Position numbers and translations under genes: made by a program. From the IMG/VR virus record IMGVR_UViG_3300014822_000065, positions 1-56,733 of that record: a stretch of 56,733 nt of DNA; one strand, 5' to 3'. Source of the DNA: a virus. Lineage: Duplodnaviria; Caudoviricetes. Shown piece after piece: positions 35,758-44,866 of the stretch. Below the pieces are notes generated by a model. It had not been told where the DNA came from and did not search any database. It saw only the letters and a program-made list of their open reading frames with translations. Each line of letters starts with the position of its first letter. The stretch's first letter is position 1.

Positions 35758-36079
35758 AACCGCTATTGCAGGAGCCTCGTTTCGTGAAGAAGGGGTTGAT
35801 ATTGTTTTCGCGCTGAAAGTGGGGCAACGCTTTCGCTTGGAAGCTGAGCCGTCTAACCCATATGACCCAAATGCGGTTAAAGTATTGGTGGATGATTTCG
35901 TTTACGGGCGGAGAAAACCACGGACTTACCATCTCGGCTATGTTCCGCGTAAGTGGTCCGGCACCGTAGCTGCAGCCCTCAGAAATACCCGACTCCATGT
36001 CTGGGCGGTCAAGGAGAACGATTTGTGGGGAACATTTTCCGTTATTTGGGAAGATGCCTCTAAAGACCCACTGGCCTAA
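35747..36079 (+). CDS. HIRAN-domain protein (ends DPLA)
   Basis: IAGASFR, LEAEPSNPYDPNAVKV, LGYVP; GGAGA RBS. Confidence 0.85.
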   Translation: MKIETAIAGASFREEGVDIVFALKVGQRFRLEAEPSNPYDPNAVKVLVDDFVYGRRKPRTYHLGYVPRKWSGTVAAALRNTRLHVWAVKENDLWGTFSVIWEDASKDPLA

Positions 36080-36113
36080 CCGGAACAATGCCAAAAGGTT
36101 GTGGAAATAGAGG

Positions 36114-36142
36114 TTGACGTGACAAACAATCAGTCGTAAGAT
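36114..36142 (+). promoter_or_regulatory. Putative sigma70 promoter
   Basis: TTGACG-N17-TAAGAT. Confidence 0.65.
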
Positions 36143-36174
36143 ACAAAGACAGTAAGTAGAAAGGAGCTACTACC

Positions 36175-36633
36175 ATGTCCATGTACCTTAGCTGCACTGT
36201 TCCCGTCAAAAAATCTCTTGACGGTTATACTACCATTTTGGAAGCTACGCCGGAAGTGCTTAGCCGTCTTATTACCTCCTGTGCCAAAGACGGCAGCAAA
36301 GCAAGCGAGGACGCCGTGCTTATGCTGTTCATAAACGGGGCTGAACAAATCGGGAAAAACGGCGTGCGCTGGCAGCGCGTTCAAAAGCCTCTCAACTTCG
36401 CGCCCTGTCCCACGCACTGTGACATCACTGGTGAACCCCTCGGTTCGATCATGTATGACGGCAAGACCATTCACGGGTCTTGGGCCTGCATGAGCGAACG
36501 CGGGTGGGAGCGAGAAGGGTGCGGCCGGGTAGGACCTGGTTTCGCTCAGAAATACCGTCGCAACGAAGAAGGCCAGTTCTACTTGTCTGAGGGCATGATT
36601 TCCAAGCCGAAGCCGTATCGGGTTGCCGCATGA
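36175..36633 (+). CDS. Hypothetical protein with conserved C-terminal domain
   Basis: AAAGGAG RBS; CDI...YDGKT..GSWACM...G.G..QKY motif. Confidence 0.75.
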   Translation: MSMYLSCTVPVKKSLDGYTTILEATPEVLSRLITSCAKDGSKASEDAVLMLFINGAEQIGKNGVRWQRVQKPLNFAPCPTHCDITGEPLGSIMYDGKTIHGSWACMSERGWEREGCGRVGPGFAQKYRRNEEGQFYLSEGMISKPKPYRVAA

Positions 36634-37010
36634 CCCGCATCAACTGTATACCTCCTTCCGAGCTAACTGGGCCGCACCTTGTAGCCGAGTATCGGGAGCT
36701 CCCGCGTATTTTTGGCATGGTGCGCAAGATAGTGGAGCGCGGGATAACTGATCCCGCGCTTTGCACCATTCCGTCGGCGTATTGCATGGGCACTGGTCAT
36801 ATGAAGTTCTTCACGGACAAGCTTGGCTATCTTGTCAAGCGCCAAAAAGCCCTAATCGCCGAAATGCAGGCGCGAGGCTATCAGCCCAGCCACCTCAATC
36901 CGGACAGTCTGCTGGCCGGCATCCCTGAAGCCTTTCATGGCAACTGGGAACCGGACGCCGCTGCAATTGCCATATCCCGAGCACGTATTAAGGAGCGATT
37001 AAATGGCTAA
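36630..37010 (+). CDS. denV: Pyrimidine-dimer DNA glycosylase (T4 endonuclease V-like)
   Basis: MTRIN N-terminus, HLVAEYRELPRIF, GTGHMKFF.DKL.YL..R, RARIKER. Confidence 0.9.
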   Translation: MTRINCIPPSELTGPHLVAEYRELPRIFGMVRKIVERGITDPALCTIPSAYCMGTGHMKFFTDKLGYLVKRQKALIAEMQARGYQPSHLNPDSLLAGIPEAFHGNWEPDAAAIAISRARIKERLNG

Positions 37011-37335
37011 CGGCCGTCTATCCCCAAGTGAAGAGGCTACTCAAACTGCACGGGTTACCACCTACAAGGTTCTGTGCGGGATTGTGAAGCTTTACGGAGA
37101 GGCAACTTTGCCGGAAATCCGCGCCAAATACAAATCTGTGGCTCGACCTTGGAACCTACCCATTCAGTGGGTCTCAGAAGAGAGTGCCCGGGCTTATCTT
37201 AACCAGGGCGTGAAAAATGGCCTTCTGCGCTACGAGCGCCGGCAGCGCGGGAAGGTTACTACCCGGCGCATCCATGGAATGGCTGACGGATCGGGATATT
37301 ATATCTGGATCGGAGACGAGGAAAACAGCGGTTGA
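37003..37335 (+). CDS. Basic hypothetical protein, possible winged helix
   Basis: AAGGAG RBS; ARAYLNQGVKNGLL helix-strand pattern. Confidence 0.65.
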   Translation: MANGRLSPSEEATQTARVTTYKVLCGIVKLYGEATLPEIRAKYKSVARPWNLPIQWVSEESARAYLNQGVKNGLLRYERRQRGKVTTRRIHGMADGSGYYIWIGDEENSG

Positions 37336-37360
37336 CCTCGCTGCTCAATTCTGCTATATT
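37332..37360 (+). promoter_or_regulatory. Putative sigma70 promoter
   Basis: TTGACC-N17-TATATT. Confidence 0.6.
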
Positions 37361-37389
37361 ATAATTGCGAAGATGAAAAGGAGAAAGCC

Positions 37390-37797
37390 ATGTCCACACA
37401 GAAGAAACCGGCAACCACCTTCTATGCCTCGTCGACCCATGAGACAACTGAGCTTGCATGGAAGCTGAAGCGCCTGAACGAAACTCACGAGATGCATCAA
37501 CGCAAGCTGCGCGAGGAATTCTATCAGAAGTCCAAAGCCATCACCGATAAACTCCAAGCGGAGCAGACGGCAATGTTTGAGGAGCTCCGCCAAGCGATGA
37601 ACATCCCGGATGAAGACTGGGGCGACGGCGGTGCTTGGGCATTGAACATTGAAAATCTCCTTGACGGCACTGTTGCTCTGGTCCACAATCAAGACTTGAC
37701 CCGCGCCGCTTGCCAGTGTCCGATCTGTATTCTCCGCCGCGCCATCGTCGACCAGCTGGTCGGTGACAGCAGTGACGAATCTCCCGTGCTCCACTGA
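37390..37797 (+). CDS. Hypothetical coiled-coil protein with CxCxxC motif
   Basis: AAGGAG RBS; CQCPIC. Confidence 0.7.
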   Translation: MSTQKKPATTFYASSTHETTELAWKLKRLNETHEMHQRKLREEFYQKSKAITDKLQAEQTAMFEELRQAMNIPDEDWGDGGAWALNIENLLDGTVALVHNQDLTRAACQCPICILRRAIVDQLVGDSSDESPVLH

Positions 37798-37805
37798 GGT
37801 TTGCT

Positions 37806-37994
37806 ATGGGCCACAGAATTAATGAAACCTACCATCTAAGCCGCGAAGACGCAGAGGCCGCTCAGAAGGATCGAGGCATCCCAGGCTATAGCGAGACCTA
37901 TCCCAGAGGCGTCTTTCCGTGCAAAGTCATCCATCCTGAGACCAAAGAAATAGTTGACGGCTGGAAATCGGTGACAGAAACCTATTACGGATAG
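37806..37994 (+). CDS. Hypothetical protein
   Basis: GAGGT RBS; 62 aa. Confidence 0.6.
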   Translation: MGHRINETYHLSREDAEAAQKDRGIPGYSETYPRGVFPCKVIHPETKEIVDGWKSVTETYYG

Positions 37995-38081
37995 CTTTGA
38001 AAGCCGGCAGGTCGCACTGCCGGTTTTCCCGTTTAGCGACATGCGCTAGTTTAAAATTCTCCGTATAATATGAGGAAGCTC

Positions 38082-41000
38082 ATGAAACATCCGGCAATTG
38101 CGAAACAGATTTGGGACAAGAAATACCGCTTCAAAGACTCCAAAGGCGAACCGCTGGACCACTCGGTTCACGACACCTGGGCGCGTATCGCCAATAGCCT
38201 TGCGTCTGTCGAAGACAACTCGAACGTCTTCTATGAAGCGTTCTACAAGGCCCTCGAAGACTACCAGTTCCTTCCCGCCGGTCGTATCATTGCAGGTGCC
38301 GGCACCGGCCGTCAGGTTACCTTGTTCAACTGCTACGTCATGGGCACTATTCCTGACAGCATGGACGGCATCTTTTCAATGCTCCGTGAGGCCGCTCTCA
38401 CAATGCAGCAAGGCGGCGGGATCGGCTATGACTTCTCCACAATCCGCCCCAAAGGCGCCGAAGTAAAGGGCGTCGCCGCAGACGCCTCGGGACCTTTGAC
38501 GTTCATGGACGTGTGGGACGCCATGTGCCGGACTGTCATGAGCGCAGGCGAACGTCGAGGCGCCATGATGGCGACCATGCGTTGCGATCACCCGGACATT
38601 GAGGAGTTCATCGAGGCCAAGCGAGACGCTTCCCGTCTTCGCATGTTCAACCTCTCCGTGCTGGTGACCGACGACTTCATGGAAGCTGTTCGCATGGGCG
38701 CAGAGTGGGATTTGTGGTTCAGGCACAAGGACGGCGAAGAGCGCATTTACAAGACGGTCAACGCTCGGGAGCTGTGGAACAAGATCATCCAAACAACCTA
38801 CGATGTGGCCGAACCGGGGGTCATCTTCATCGACCGTATCAACCAGTTGAACAACTTGGGCTACTGCGAAACCATCTCTGCGACAAACCCCTGTGTCCCG
38901 GGTGATACCCCAATTCTTACCCTTGATGGATACCAGCCAATCCAAGACCTTATTGGCCAGGAAACGTCCGTCTGGAACGGCAAGAGCTGGGAGACTGTAA
39001 CCCCGTTCAGCACCGGCTTCAATCCACTCGTGCGCGTTACTCTGTCCAATGGCCAAGAGCTTATCTGCACTCCGGCGCATGACTTCGTTTTGGAAGACGG
39101 AACCAAAGTGCCGGCGGACGAGCTTGTTGTGGGCCAAGCATTGCAGAAGGCTGAGCATGAAGGCTATCAGGGCTCGGGCTCTTTGGCAAACGCCTATAGC
39201 CAGGGCTTCTATTCTGGCGACGGCACCAAGAACGCCAAGAAGAGCTGGGTCTACTCGTCCAAATATGAAGTCATCCCGCGCCTATGCGGCTCGGTGGCCG
39301 AAAACGAGCACCCCGAACGCCGGTTCCGTGTTTGGAGCCACGGGACAATGTTGGCCAAAGATTATGTGCCTATGAATGAGTGCCTTGAAGACCGCATCGA
39401 ATGGTTCACCGGCCTGCTTGACGCCAACGGGACTTTGGCCATAGCCTCCAATGGCGCACCAAGTCTTCAGCTCACGTCTATGGATGAAGAGTTCATGCGC
39501 CGGGTCCAGCTGTTTCTGACCGGCTTGGGCGTGCCTGCGCATCTGGGCGTTGAGCGGCATAAAGAAGCCAATTGGTCCAGCTCTCATACGGCGGCGCGTA
39601 TTTCCATTTCAACGCCTGGGGTGCGCCGATTGCAGGAGCTGGGCTTGAAGCCCTCGCGCCTGAAACTCCCTGAAGGTTATCCGGTTCATAACCGGGCGCG
39701 CAAGCTTCGGGTCGTATCTGTGACAGACCTGGGGCGTAGCGAAGAGACCTTCTGTTTCACTTCCAAAGAAACGGGTATGGGAGTATTCAATGGCATTTTG
39801 ACCGGGCAATGCGGGGAACAACCTCTGCCGCCGTATGGGGCATGTCTTCTGGGCTCCATTAATTTGTCGCGTCTTGTCCAAGCAGCATTCACCAAACAAG
39901 CCGAGCTGGATTTGGACCGCCTCGACCAGCTGGTTTCCACGGCTGTGCGGATGATGGACAACGTGATCGACGTTTCTCTATTCCCTGTGCCTCAGCAGAA
40001 AGAGGAAGCTCTCGCCAAGCGCCGTATCGGTCTTGGCGTGACTGGCCTCGCCGACGCTCTGGCTATGTGCCGTATCAAGTATGGCACTGCTGAGGCGGCA
40101 AGGCAGGTCGAGGAGTGGATGGAAGCCATTGCTCTGTCTGCCTATCAGGCGTCGATCGAACTGGCGAAGGAGAAAGGTGCTTTCCCGCTGTTCGACGCCG
40201 ACGGCTTCCTGCGTAAGGGCTCATTTGCTGCGGAGCGCCTGCCGATCGAAATGCAGGATGATATTCGCCAATATGGCATTCGCAATGCTCTCCTGACTTC
40301 CATTGCACCGACTGGGACTATCAGCCTGTATGCCGGCAACGTGTCGTCAGGCATCGAGCCTATCTTTGCCTATGGCTACACCAGGAAGGTCCTTCAGGCC
40401 GATGGCAGCAAAGTTGAGGAGGAAGTCGTCGACTATGCCGTCGCTCTCTACCAGAGCATGTATCCAGGTGAAGAACTCCCCGACTACTTTACGACGGCTC
40501 AGGACCTCAAGCCCAGCGAGCATCTTCGTATGCAGGCGGCAGCGCAACGCTGGGTCGACAGTTCCATCTCGAAGACGATCAACGTTCCAGTGGACATTTC
40601 CTTTGAGGAGTTCCGCGACGTCTACGAGGTGGCCTATGAACAGGGCTGTAAAGGCTGCACGACTTACCGTCCCAATGACGTGACTGGATCGGTGCTGGAA
40701 GTGAAGACTGACAAGCCCGCGAAGATCAAAGCACCGGCCGACCGGCCAAAGCGTCTGGAAGGAGCCACCTACAAGCTCAAGTGGCCAAATGAGCCGCACG
40801 CTTTCTACATCACCTTTACGGACCAAGTGGACTCCTCTGGTCGTCGCCGACCCTTCGAGGTATTCATCAATTCCAAGAGCGTTGAGCACTACCAGTGGAT
40901 TGTTGCCTTGACCCGCATGATCTCGGCAGTTTTCCGCCGGGGAGGCAATGTGGCTTTCGTGGCCCGGGAGCTCCAAGAAGTCTTCGATCCAAAGGGTGGT

Positions 41001-41246
41001 GCCTTTATGGGCGGGGCATACGTGCCTTCGCTTCTTGCGGCCATCGGCGGGATCGTAGCTGAGCACATGCAATCAATTGGCTACGGGGATATGAAGGGAG
41101 TCGCCCTTGCCGACCAGAAGCCTCCGATCGATCTTGAATGGACCCAAATTCCGCAGCACCAGTGCAAGGACTGCGGGTCCTACAACGTGAAGAAAGAAAG
41201 CGGCTGCGAGGTGTGCAAAGACTGCGGTTCAAGCAAGTGCGGCTAA
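38082..41246 (+). CDS. nrdJ: Class II (B12-dependent) ribonucleotide reductase with intein and C-terminal TSCPD/Zn-ribbon region
   Basis: FLPAGRI, TLFNC, GGGIGYDFS, NP-(intein)-CGEQPL, RRIGLG, IAPTGTIS, DSSISKT, CxxC..CxxC tail; no nrdB in the window. Confidence 0.92.
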   Translation: MKHPAIAKQIWDKKYRFKDSKGEPLDHSVHDTWARIANSLASVEDNSNVFYEAFYKALEDYQFLPAGRIIAGAGTGRQVTLFNCYVMGTIPDSMDGIFSMLREAALTMQQGGGIGYDFSTIRPKGAEVKGVAADASGPLTFMDVWDAMCRTVMSAGERRGAMMATMRCDHPDIEEFIEAKRDASRLRMFNLSVLVTDDFMEAVRMGAEWDLWFRHKDGEERIYKTVNARELWNKIIQTTYDVAEPGVIFIDRINQLNNLGYCETISATNPCVPGDTPILTLDGYQPIQDLIGQETSVWNGKSWETVTPFSTGFNPLVRVTLSNGQELICTPAHDFVLEDGTKVPADELVVGQALQKAEHEGYQGSGSLANAYSQGFYSGDGTKNAKKSWVYSSKYEVIPRLCGSVAENEHPERRFRVWSHGTMLAKDYVPMNECLEDRIEWFTGLLDANGTLAIASNGAPSLQLTSMDEEFMRRVQLFLTGLGVPAHLGVERHKEANWSSSHTAARISISTPGVRRLQELGLKPSRLKLPEGYPVHNRARKLRVVSVTDLGRSEETFCFTSKETGMGVFNGILTGQCGEQPLPPYGACLLGSINLSRLVQAAFTKQAELDLDRLDQLVSTAVRMMDNVIDVSLFPVPQQKEEALAKRRIGLGVTGLADALAMCRIKYGTAEAARQVEEWMEAIALSAYQASIELAKEKGAFPLFDADGFLRKGSFAAERLPIEMQDDIRQYGIRNALLTSIAPTGTISLYAGNVSSGIEPIFAYGYTRKVLQADGSKVEEEVVDYAVALYQSMYPGEELPDYFTTAQDLKPSEHLRMQAAAQRWVDSSISKTINVPVDISFEEFRDVYEVAYEQGCKGCTTYRPNDVTGSVLEVKTDKPAKIKAPADRPKRLEGATYKLKWPNEPHAFYITFTDQVDSSGRRRPFEVFINSKSVEHYQWIVALTRMISAVFRRGGNVAFVARELQEVFDPKGGAFMGGAYVPSLLAAIGGIVAEHMQSIGYGDMKGVALADQKPPIDLEWTQIPQHQCKDCGSYNVKKESGCEVCKDCGSSKCG
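38892..39809 (+). mobile_element. 306-aa intein with LAGLIDADG homing endonuclease in nrdJ
   Basis: Starts CVPGDT after ATNP; block B CTPAHDF; motifs QGFYSGDG and TGLLDANG; ends FNGILTGQ before the active-site Cys of CGEQ. Confidence 0.9.
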
Positions 41247-41263
41247 TTGCCGTGACCGAATAA

Positions 41264-41310
41264 GCCGAAGCCCGAGCGACTCCATAGTCCCTCGGGCTTC
41301 TGTGTCTTTC
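41264..41310. terminator. Hairpin between convergent nrdJ and lysis transcripts
   Basis: GAAGCCCGAG...CTCGGGCTTC followed by TGTGTCTTT. Confidence 0.6.
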
Positions 41311-41377
41311 GGCAGCGCATTCGGAGCGTGTCAGCGGCATAACCGAGTAGTGCGTATTCACCGAGCAGCTTACAGAT

Positions 41378-42058
41378 TTATCCAGGACGCGTGCCCTCGA
41401 TCATGCGATATGTAAGAACGTCGGTCCGCTCGTTGACAATTTTGCCATCGCAGTCGTATTCGAGGGCCAAATAGACTTCTATACGGCCTGGGACCAAAAT
41501 ACGCTGAAGACTACCGTCAGGGCGAATGTCTGGCGGGATCATTTCAATACGAAGGCGAGTTGTCTCAGTCCCAATTTGGCGAGTAACTCCATTGCCATTA
41601 CCAATGTGACGCCCGGTATACGTGATGCCCGTGGTGTCCGTGAATAATGGAAGCCAGCGCAATAGCCGGCAGTTAGCTCCCAAAGTCGTCCGCTGCACTA
41701 CAAGGATCATGTAAATGTGTTCCCAGCGATAAACTGGTTCTTCAATATACGAAAGGCCGCGTGGTTGGCGAATTACTCGGTCTTCGCCAGTGACACGATC
41801 CACGGTTTTTTGCAGCTGGGCAATTTTATCTTGAAGCTCTTCCTGTGCCTCAATCACTGTTTTGAAGCCCTCGGCCATTGTGGCCGGCGTATTCCACACC
41901 GCGCGAGCATTATCCCACCAGGGAGTGAATATCGCAAGTATAAAAGCGCCCAGGACAAACAAGAAGGCACTTATAAGCCATTTAAGAGACTCGTCAAATA
42001 CCAGGCGCTTTGCCCATTCCTTATCCTTGTCTGTCATTATACTAGCCAGCAGCGCCAT
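41378..42058 (-). CDS. Single-pass membrane protein at the end of the lysis cassette
   Basis: TM segment WLISAFLFVLGAFILAIF, coiled coil, C-domain with two Cys. Confidence 0.65.
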   Translation of the reverse strand: MALLASIMTDKDKEWAKRLVFDESLKWLISAFLFVLGAFILAIFTPWWDNARAVWNTPATMAEGFKTVIEAQEELQDKIAQLQKTVDRVTGEDRVIRQPRGLSYIEEPVYRWEHIYMILVVQRTTLGANCRLLRWLPLFTDTTGITYTGRHIGNGNGVTRQIGTETTRLRIEMIPPDIRPDGSLQRILVPGRIEVYLALEYDCDGKIVNERTDVLTYRMIEGTRPG

Positions 42059-42120
42059 TTTGATGAGTTCTTTTTTAAGTTTATACTTGACAGCTTCAGG
42101 TTGTATGCCAGCAATTAGGG

Positions 42121-42402
42121 CTACTTGGAGTTATTACCTAGAATAGCGTTTAGGGTTGCTTGGTGCTCTGTCACCAAGCCGGCGTGGCGGCTGCGGCAGT
42201 TAACGAGGTTTCGGCGATCGACCAGCCAGTAGTTCTCGACTTCCGACTGGCTCAGCTCACGGTTTGGCAGACGGACAGGACGAGGGCACGGCTGAAGAAG
42301 AGACGGGGCTGCGCGCTGGATATTTAGCTTGCTAATAGACGGAGTTGAGGCGCTGCACGCTCCCAGTGCCAAGGGCAGGGCGATCAGCATCAGGGTCTTC
42401 AT
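42121..42402 (-). CDS. o-spanin (Rz1-like lipoprotein)
   Basis: Lipobox LGAC; Pro-rich PCPRP; overlaps the i-spanin. Confidence 0.85.
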   Translation of the reverse strand: MKTLMLIALPLALGACSASTPSISKLNIQRAAPSLLQPCPRPVRLPNRELSQSEVENYWLVDRRNLVNCRSRHAGLVTEHQATLNAILGNNSK

Positions 42403-42643
42403 GCGCTTGTCTCCTCAGTTCCTCAACTTCTTCGTTGAGTGCTTCCATTTCAGCAAGCCGTTGGCTTTCCAGTTTGTCTAGCTCTGCTTGCCGGCGCCTT
42501 AGTTCTGCGTTCAGCTTGTCGATGGCTTCCTGCTGAGCAGCGCGCTCAACCGATTTGCCGTCGGCACGACCTTTCAGGTATGCACCGCCCGTCAGCGTGC
42601 CGATAACCGCCAGAGCGGCTAGCAAAACATATATCCTATTCAT
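42332..42643 (-). CDS. i-spanin (Rz-like)
   Basis: Start MNRIY; N-terminal TM, YLKGRADG, coiled coil. Confidence 0.8.
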   Translation of the reverse strand: MNRIYVLLAALAVIGTLTGGAYLKGRADGKSVERAAQQEAIDKLNAELRRRQAELDKLESQRLAEMEALNEEVEELRRQAHEDPDADRPALGTGSVQRLNSVY

Positions 42644-42893
42644 CGAATATCTCTTGCGGGCGTTGCTGTGGCGGAATTTGGGGCTGGATTTGCTTTGCCC
42701 AGCTGTCCATTCCGAAGGCTGTCGCGGCAAAGCCGTAGACCCAAATTGCCAGTCCGGTTGCGAGGTCAACAAGAGCAGAAATATCGCGGTCATTTTGGGT
42801 GGTCGCAATGTAGACGATGCTCATGACCAGTATCCAGTGCAAGACCAGCTGCAGAGTGGCAAGTTCACGTTTGTAGGTTTTTGGCTTTGCCAT
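42636..42893 (-). CDS. Holin
   Basis: 85 aa with two hydrophobic helices, between endolysin and spanins. Confidence 0.7.
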   Translation of the reverse strand: MAKPKTYKRELATLQLVLHWILVMSIVYIATTQNDRDISALVDLATGLAIWVYGFAATAFGMDSWAKQIQPQIPPQQRPQEIFDE

Positions 42894-42894
42894 C

Positions 42895-43620
42895 TCAGGC
42901 CTCGTTTTGACTGGCGACCTCTTGCGAAGTCATGAATGGCAAATTGATGGGCTCGCGAGGATAGGTGGACGGCCAGCGAAAGCTCTGCGGAGTGAACCTG
43001 GATTTGCTGATCGGAGACACTCGAATTTGGTTGGACTGGTTACCACCGAGACAGTAGTAACGGGTGCGATCCTGGCCGACCAGAAACGCCACGTGACCGC
43101 CGCCGTTGCGAGAAATGGAAATCACGCAACCATAGGTGGGCTCAGTGGGAACACCCCACTTTTGCCAGTTCAGAGCCCAATAAGGGTTGGCCGGAACCGG
43201 CTCGTTGGGTAGGGCTAAACGGATGGCAGTCTCAACGGCGTCCCCGCACCACGGGAACTTTGCTGGGTCTCCCAGAGCATGACCGTCCGAGGCCAGCCAG
43301 CGGCGAAGACCAGCGTTGTCGTAAACCTCGTGCATGTTCATCACTTTGCGGATTTCTTCCATCCAGGGAAGCTCCGTAATGCCGTGCTGGCTGCCGAAGT
43401 CAAGCTCGCCCTGGTGCAGCAGTTCCCAAGTCTTTGGACCAACATATTGGCGCGCACGAAGGCCCTTGCTGCGCTTAAACGCAATGATTGCCGAGGCTGT
43501 ATGCGGGCCGTAGATGCCATCAATTGGCCCCGGGTCAAATCCGGCAGCCTCTAGCTGTGTCTGAATGGATCGGACTTCTGCAGACGTGAGGTCCGAGTTG
43601 TCTTGAGCGGTAAAAGGCAT
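42895..43620 (-). CDS. Endolysin (peptidoglycan-binding domain plus TIGR02594/CHAP-like peptidase)
   Basis: DPGPIDGIYGPHT..AI..F, PWC, GGGHVAF, LGGNQSN. Confidence 0.9.
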   Translation of the reverse strand: MPFTAQDNSDLTSAEVRSIQTQLEAAGFDPGPIDGIYGPHTASAIIAFKRSKGLRARQYVGPKTWELLHQGELDFGSQHGITELPWMEEIRKVMNMHEVYDNAGLRRWLASDGHALGDPAKFPWCGDAVETAIRLALPNEPVPANPYWALNWQKWGVPTEPTYGCVISISRNGGGHVAFLVGQDRTRYYCLGGNQSNQIRVSPISKSRFTPQSFRWPSTYPREPINLPFMTSQEVASQNEA

Positions 43621-43630
43621 CCGGCTTCTC

Positions 43631-44866
43631 CTAGTCAAAAACGATATACAACGAGGTAACAACGCCTTGAGCCGGCCCTCCGGCGGTGTTGCAGATCATG
43701 TTGAGAGCGTCTCCCGCGGAAAAGGAAAGCGGGCTGCTTGAAAAATCGGTATATCCAGTTTCCACGCCCGAGCCGCTATAGTTGACTGCCACTTGGTAGC
43801 TGGTATTTTCCACTTTATTGACGGCAACCGATACGATACAGTTACCGCTGGCCCCAGCAGTGATAGACATGCCAGCCGCGACTATCTTTCCGGCTTGGGG
43901 CATTACCGCTCCGGCAGTGGTCATAGAGCCGTCGCCCATGGACATAAGGGCGCCTACGGACATATTGCCGTCTTCTTCCCCACATATAACAATTGCATGG
44001 CCGCTGAGCGGGCCGTTGCCAGTATTGAAGCCCTGAGGCATCGTGACTTCGGCGGTAGTCTCGTCAATCACCATAGCCGTAGTGAACGAGCTGCCCACTT
44101 TAATGGTAAAATCATCATTACCGAGGAGCCCAAGAAGCGCTTTGGTGGAGAAGCCCGTTTGGAACGTCATGCTGGCGTTATTGCCGCTCGCGCCCTTATT
44201 ATATTTCATGTCAATACTGCCACCCGAATTGAGCAACAGATTGGTGCCGTAGAAAGCAAAGGCATTAGTAGCATCAGCCGAAGAGCCCCCGACGCCAAGG
44301 CCGTATTCATTGACCTCCAACTTTTGGCTGCCGTCAATCAGCACCTGGAACGTGCTGCCGGCGTCCACGTTGTTATAGTCAACAGAGATTTGGAAATTGA
44401 CCCCGTTGGTCTGAATAAGGGTATCGCCACTGATGTCGGTGTCCCCGAAACGGATCGACGGCGAAGCTTCTTCCAAGGCAAGGTCACCGGTCATCGTTCC
44501 GCCAGCAAGCGGAAGATAGAGGGTACCGATCATAGAACTAAGGGTGCTCCAGCCGCCGTCATAGAAATAGAGTTCACCCTCGTCCTCAACCCAGCAGAGC
44601 CAACCAGTATTGGGAGCCCTGAAGACCCAGCCATCGCCGTCATAAGTGGCGATCTGATTGTCTTTCGAGGCCCAGTCGCCAGTAGCAGACGCGCCCACGA
44701 TATACCGGTCTCCTGTGGTCGGAGAGCCCGGCGGAGCAGTAAGGTCCTTGTCTGCAACGGCCAGTTGAACAAGGGTGTCGAGGTAGAACAAGGCCTCATT
44801 GTGGGTCACATGCTTCTGAGACTGGCTTGCAGTCAGCTCAGGCAAGCTGAGATGGGTTGTGGTCAT
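43631..44866 (-). CDS. DUF2793-family tail fibre / receptor-binding protein
   Basis: QSQKHVTHNEAL..LD.LVQ, PPGSPTTGDRYIV, GW.F..P..GW motifs. Confidence 0.85.
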   Translation of the reverse strand: MTTTHLSLPELTASQSQKHVTHNEALFYLDTLVQLAVADKDLTAPPGSPTTGDRYIVGASATGDWASKDNQIATYDGDGWVFRAPNTGWLCWVEDEGELYFYDGGWSTLSSMIGTLYLPLAGGTMTGDLALEEASPSIRFGDTDISGDTLIQTNGVNFQISVDYNNVDAGSTFQVLIDGSQKLEVNEYGLGVGGSSADATNAFAFYGTNLLLNSGGSIDMKYNKGASGNNASMTFQTGFSTKALLGLLGNDDFTIKVGSSFTTAMVIDETTAEVTMPQGFNTGNGPLSGHAIVICGEEDGNMSVGALMSMGDGSMTTAGAVMPQAGKIVAAGMSITAGASGNCIVSVAVNKVENTSYQVAVNYSGSGVETGYTDFSSSPLSFSAGDALNMICNTAGGPAQGVVTSLYIVFD

